64,000 bases of DNA from Candidatus Eiseniibacteriota bacterium (GTDB taxonomy: Bacteria; Eisenbacteria; RBG-16-71-46; CAZAMP01). The translations under genes were made by a program, and so were the position numbers. The stretch is from the NCBI GenBank assembly GCA_965224245.1, contig OZ245046.1, positions 2,400,001-2,464,000 on the forward strand, written 5' to 3'. The first letter of the stretch is position 1. The number at the start of each line of letters is the position of its first letter. The notes under the pieces are model-generated. The model was given only the letters and a program-made list of their open reading frames with translations, made no database searches and had not been told where the DNA came from. This document shows, piece after piece, positions 59,717 to 64,000 of this stretch.

Positions 59717-60667
59717 TCAGGATCCGTGCGGACTCCCGACGCCGGCCGGAGCCCGGACCGGACAGATCTCCAGGATGGCTCCGATTCCGTCGCACGTGGC
59801 CTTGCCTCCCGGCACGCACGGCGAATCGGGCAGCAGCATGAACGTCTCGTCGTCGCAGAAGAGCGGATCCTCGTGGAGGTCGGTGTCTCCCGGCACGCAC
59901 GACTCGGAATAGTCCGCCGTCGCGCTCTCGAACAGCAGATTGCATCCGAGTGTCGGCACCGGCGTTTCGAAGCACGCGATGCCGAAGTTCGCCGACTGCA
60001 CGATCGCGTTCTGCGACACGATGGGCGCCGACCCGCTCGTGAAGATCCCGCAGTCACCGGATCGCGCGATCGTGTTGCGCTCCACGATCGGCGCGGCGCC
60101 CATCGTGCAGTGCACGCCGAAGATGCCCGGGGCGACGAGGACGTTGCGCTGGATCACCGCGTCGCTCTCGGGGGTGGGGCACGAGATCGCGTACCGGGCC
60201 GCACCGTTCACGCGGCAGTCGAGCACGCTGACCCCCGAGGCCCGGATCACGACCCCGCTCCGGTAGGTCCCCTCGATCACGACGTCCTGGATCGTCACGT
60301 CGCGGGCGTTCACGAGGATCGCGTCGGTCGTCGACCCGAGATCGAACGAGAGGGTGGCGCGGGTCGTCCCGCCGCGCGCCGCGTCTCGCGTCGACGGCTC
60401 GCGGCCCATGATCGTGACGCCGCGCTGTTCGGCCTCGATGACGACCGGCGCGTCGACGACGTGCAGGCCCACCGCCGCGCTCACCACACCGTTCGCGCCG
60501 GCTTGCGCAACGGCCATCCCGAGGTCGGCCACCTGCTCGGGGAACCTCACCGCCGTCGGGGTCGGGTCGTCGGGGGACGTCGTCTCGTCGTCGCCGCAGC
60601 CGAAGACCGTCAGGGCCGCCGCCGCGACGGCGATCGCCCTCGCGCGGGCACTGTCTGCGTGTCTCAC
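59717..60667 (-). CDS. Lipoprotein with right-handed parallel beta-helix repeats
   Basis: Lipobox FGC; GI.C...P.I..N.I repeats; DPLFCD..F.L.PDSPC. Confidence 0.75.
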   Translation of the reverse strand: MRHADSARARAIAVAAAALTVFGCGDDETTSPDDPTPTAVRFPEQVADLGMAVAQAGANGVVSAAVGLHVVDAPVVIEAEQRGVTIMGREPSTRDAARGGTTRATLSFDLGSTTDAILVNARDVTIQDVVIEGTYRSGVVIRASGVSVLDCRVNGAARYAISCPTPESDAVIQRNVLVAPGIFGVHCTMGAAPIVERNTIARSGDCGIFTSGSAPIVSQNAIVQSANFGIACFETPVPTLGCNLLFESATADYSESCVPGDTDLHEDPLFCDDETFMLLPDSPCVPGGKATCDGIGAILEICPVRAPAGVGSPHGS

Positions 60668-60861
60668 GGGACCTCCTCGTGGCCTGAGCGTCACGACCGG
60701 CCGTCGCACGAGGATCATCCTAGCGCGGGGCCTGCCGGCGTGCGAGCCCACGACGGTCGGGGCCGCCCCGGCGAGCTCTCCGGACGCCACGGCCACCGTT
60801 GGCGAGGTCCGGGCGGTGCGCTACGTTTCTGCGATCCACCCGGGTCCGGCGAGGGCAAGCC

Positions 60862-62127
60862 ATGACACGAACGGACAGGTCTCGACGATCGGTGGCTTCG
60901 GGCCTCGTCGCCGCATCGGTGGCCGGGGCCGCCGGCATCTCGGCAGAGGCGGCCGAGATCACGTTCCGGGTCGAGGTGCCCGACGACACCCCGACCGCCG
61001 ATTCGATCCATGTGGCCGGCGACTTCCAGGGCTGGGACCCCGGGAGCGCCGGGCACCGGCTGGCCCTGGCCTCCGACGGACGCTACGTGATCACGCTGAC
61101 GCTCCCACCGGGACCGATCGCGTTCAAGTTCACGCGCGGCGACTGGGCCCGCGTCGAGAAGGGCGCGTCGGGCGAGGAGATCGCGAACCGCGTCGTCCGG
61201 GTCGACGGCGACGAGATCGTCGACGCCGTGGTACGGAGCTGGGCGGACCGGCGCCCCGCCGGGAGCCCCTCACCGCCGCCGCGCCGGTCCACGATCACGG
61301 GCGAGGTACGTACGCTCGAGATCCCCGGCTTTCTCGGCGGCCGCCGTGTCTGGGTGTACGTACCACCGGACTACCACGCCGAGCCCGAGCGCCGCTATCC
61401 GGTCCTGTACATGCTCGACGGGCAGAACGCGTTCGACGCCGCCACGAGCTTCGCCGGAGAGTGGCGCGCGGACGAGACCTCGGAGGCACTCGTGCCGCGG
61501 GGCGAGATCGCGCCGGCGATCGTGGTCGCCATCGCCAACGGAGGCGAGCGGCGTCTGGACGAGTACACGCCGTTCGTCGACGCACACCGTGGCGGGGGCG
61601 GTGGACGGGCACACCTCGAGTCGATCATCCGCATGGTGATGCCGGTCGTCGACGAGCGGTTCCGCACGCTCACCGGCCCCGAACACACCGCGCTGGTCGG
61701 GTCGTCGCTGGGCGGGCTGATGGCGCTCTACGCCGTGCATGCGTTTCCCGACGTCTTCGGGATGGTGGGCGCGGTATCGCCGTCGCTGGCCTGGGCCGAT
61801 CACGCGATCTTCGACTGGATCGCGTCCGAGTCACCGGCGCCGGACGATCCGAGCGCGCGGGCACGGATCTACGTCGACATGGGGACGCGTGAGTCCGGCG
61901 TGCTCCGTGACGCGGACGGGAACGGCATCGACGACGCGGTCGACGACGTACGGGAGCTCGGCGCCCGGCTCATCGCGAGCGGACGATCGCCCGGCGTGGG
62001 CCTGAAGATCGTCGAGGATGAGGGCGGGCGGCACGACGAGCGAACGTGGGCCGAGCGCTTCCCCGACGTTCTCAGATTTCTCTTTCCTCCCGAGGCCCGA
62101 GGCGGTCAGGATGCCGGCCGTCGCTGA
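60862..62127 (+). CDS. Exported CBM20/48-like domain plus esterase (alpha/beta hydrolase)
   Basis: HVAGDFQGWDP..FKFTRGDW..VEKG; YPVLYMLDGQN; GSSLGG; HDE..W. Confidence 0.85.
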   Translation: MTRTDRSRRSVASGLVAASVAGAAGISAEAAEITFRVEVPDDTPTADSIHVAGDFQGWDPGSAGHRLALASDGRYVITLTLPPGPIAFKFTRGDWARVEKGASGEEIANRVVRVDGDEIVDAVVRSWADRRPAGSPSPPPRRSTITGEVRTLEIPGFLGGRRVWVYVPPDYHAEPERRYPVLYMLDGQNAFDAATSFAGEWRADETSEALVPRGEIAPAIVVAIANGGERRLDEYTPFVDAHRGGGGGRAHLESIIRMVMPVVDERFRTLTGPEHTALVGSSLGGLMALYAVHAFPDVFGMVGAVSPSLAWADHAIFDWIASESPAPDDPSARARIYVDMGTRESGVLRDADGNGIDDAVDDVRELGARLIASGRSPGVGLKIVEDEGGRHDERTWAERFPDVLRFLFPPEARGGQDAGRR

Positions 62128-62151
62128 GACCCCGACATCTGGAGGCGCGAC

Positions 62152-62982
62152 GTGTTCATCCGTGTCGTTCCCATCGTGCTCGCGCTGTGGGCACTCGTCG
62201 CGACCTCGCCCGCGGTGGCCGAGCCGGTCCGCATCACCCTGGACGATGGCTCGACGGTGGTGGGAGAGGTCGTCTCGGAGACCGAGACGTCACTCGTGCT
62301 CGACACGGAGAGCCTCGGGCAGGTCACGATCGCTCGCGTGCGCATTCGCGAGATGGAGGCGGGCACGGGAGCGAGGTCCGAGGCGCGCGGTGATCCCGAC
62401 TACAACTCCCTTCTCCTGGTCCCCACGTCCGAGACACTGCGCAAGGGCGACTCGTACTACCGCAACTTCGAGGTGTTCTTCAACAACCTCGGGCTGGCCA
62501 TCACCGACGACCTGAGCCTCAGCGTGATGGCGGCCTTCCCGGTCGACGCGAGCTTCCGGATCGGCAGTGTCGGCGCCAAGCTCCGACTCGCCTCGCTGGA
62601 TCGCTCACCGCTGGGCGCCGCGCTGGCGGGCAACGTGCTCGTGGTCGGGGACCAGACGATCTACACCGGAACGGGCATCGTCTCGCTCGGATCTCGCCTC
62701 AGCAACCTGAGCCTGGCCATGAACGTCGTGGGAACGGACTCGGACACCGCGACGTTCGTTCTGGTCGGCGCCGGCGTTCTGATCGGAAATCACTGGAAGG
62801 CGATCGTGGAGTACGGGAACAGCTCGGACGCCATCCTCGACGACGACGATTACAACGGTCTCGTCAACATCGGGCTCCGGTACTTCAATCGCGAGTACAG
62901 CCTGACGCTCACGGGTCTCCGCCCGCTGGAGGTGAGCGGCGGATTCGCGTTTCCGCTCGTCAGCGTCTCGTTCCACTTCTGA
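62152..62982 (+). CDS. Exported, probable outer-membrane protein
   Basis: Signal AVA; ITLDDGS.V.G; PT..TL.KG; beta-rich, terminal F. Confidence 0.6.
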   Translation: MFIRVVPIVLALWALVATSPAVAEPVRITLDDGSTVVGEVVSETETSLVLDTESLGQVTIARVRIREMEAGTGARSEARGDPDYNSLLLVPTSETLRKGDSYYRNFEVFFNNLGLAITDDLSLSVMAAFPVDASFRIGSVGAKLRLASLDRSPLGAALAGNVLVVGDQTIYTGTGIVSLGSRLSNLSLAMNVVGTDSDTATFVLVGAGVLIGNHWKAIVEYGNSSDAILDDDDYNGLVNIGLRYFNREYSLTLTGLRPLEVSGGFAFPLVSVSFHF

Positions 62983-63124
62983 TGGACGCCACGGCTGTCG
63001 CCGACGACGAGGCCGAGCTCCGGACGGCGACGGCGACGACGCCCCTCGGGGGCACATGCCGGCCCATCGCACAGGCCGGCTGCGGCTCGAGCCGCGCGCG
63101 ACGCCGCCGGGTCCGCCTCTGGCG

Positions 63125-63970
63125 CTAACGAACGTCGATCGTGGCGATCCGGACGCCGTTGGTGACCTCGTTCCCCGGAGGTGCGGGCGTGACGGCGCGG
63201 GAGTCGGCATCCCCGTCGTCGGCGTCGCTCAGGTCGTCGATCAGCGACGTTGCGTGCTCACCGGAGAGTCGCCCCTCGATCTCGGTCCACAGGAGCTCGA
63301 ACGCGCGTGCCGGTGCGCTGCCCCGGGCGAACTCGGAGATCGGTCCCCGCTGAACCCCCATGCGCTCGACCGGGCTGGCGTACGGAACCCAGGCGGCGAG
63401 GAACGCGTCGTCGCGGGCGGCATCTCGAGCCAGCTCGCGATGGAGCTTCCGCCGGCGGTCCACCATCGACAGGAACGGCATCACGAGCGGCCGATAGCCC
63501 GACGATCGATCCAGATGCGCGCGGAGCTGCTCCAGCGTCCGCATCGAGAGCGGAGTGGGAATGGTCGGCACCACGAGTGCGTCAGCCGCCGCGAAGATAC
63601 GCTCCGACGCCGGCGTGAGCCCCGGGGGACAGTCCAGCACGATCAGCGTGTAGTGGGGCGACAGCGCGTCGAGAACGGTGTCGACGTCGCCGGATCCGGC
63701 CGCCCCCTCCCCGGGCGATCGCGCTGGAATGAGGTCCAGCCCGTCGAACGCCGTGGACCGCGCCCCGTGCCGGCGCAAGACCTCGCTCTCCCCGCTCGTG
63801 TCGGACTCGGTCGCCTCCTTCAGGCCGAGGTAGAACGTGGAGGCACCCTGAGGATCCAGATCCCAGAGAAGCGTCCTGGATCCCTCCCGGGCCGCGACGT
63901 GAGCGATGTTGACCGCGGCCGTCGTCTTGCCGACGCCGCCCTTGATGTTGACCATGGCAATGGTAGTCAT
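63125..63970 (-). CDS. ParA/Soj-family ATPase
   Basis: NIKGGVGKTT; DLDPQG; LDCPP. Confidence 0.9.
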   Translation of the reverse strand: MTTIAMVNIKGGVGKTTAAVNIAHVAAREGSRTLLWDLDPQGASTFYLGLKEATESDTSGESEVLRRHGARSTAFDGLDLIPARSPGEGAAGSGDVDTVLDALSPHYTLIVLDCPPGLTPASERIFAAADALVVPTIPTPLSMRTLEQLRAHLDRSSGYRPLVMPFLSMVDRRRKLHRELARDAARDDAFLAAWVPYASPVERMGVQRGPISEFARGSAPARAFELLWTEIEGRLSGEHATSLIDDLSDADDGDADSRAVTPAPPGNEVTNGVRIATIDVR

Positions 63971-64000
63971 GCTGAGCCTGTACTCCAGGTCGATGGTCTC

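Noticed and set aside
63125-63970. Plasmid or chromosome partition locus
   Set aside because: No parB or parS visible; looks like an orphan ParA, though it lies at the window edge

Overview
GC-rich (roughly 70% by eye) chromosomal window from a diderm bacterium. A PorV-family gene, FlgD-Ig-tailed secreted peptidases and C-terminal SWGxLKSxY motifs suggest an FCB-superphylum candidate lineage (Eisenbacteria/Krumholzibacteriota/Latescibacterota-like); this is inference, not verified. Most genes are housekeeping or envelope genes: nosY/nosL-like, E1 alpha/beta fusion, rlmN, ntrY/ntrX-like, ECF sigma, eno, ftsB, tRNA-fMet, korAB, lpoB, tolA-tolB-pal-cpoB, mdh and khpA. I saw no transposase, integrase, prophage or CRISPR array. 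The best candidate for an undescribed system is at 5.9-12.8 kb on the minus strand: a sigma70-driven small exported peptide gene, a possible pseudoknot, a TPR-GAF-AAA+ sigma54 activator, then two near-identical sigma54 promoters. One promoter appears to drive a ~250-nt highly structured ORF-poor RNA, the other a structured leader and two exported proteins. This resembles a peptide-sensing TPR receptor wired to sigma54 and an sRNA. Also notable: three tandem 12-Cys stand-alone P-domain proteins with a shared C-terminal motif and conserved structured leaders; a possibly envelope-spanning coiled-coil/beta-barrel pair upstream of tol-pal; an orphan rSAM/SPASM enzyme facing a probably inactive M29-like peptidase. 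All calls were made by eye from sequence motifs; no searches or folding programs were run.
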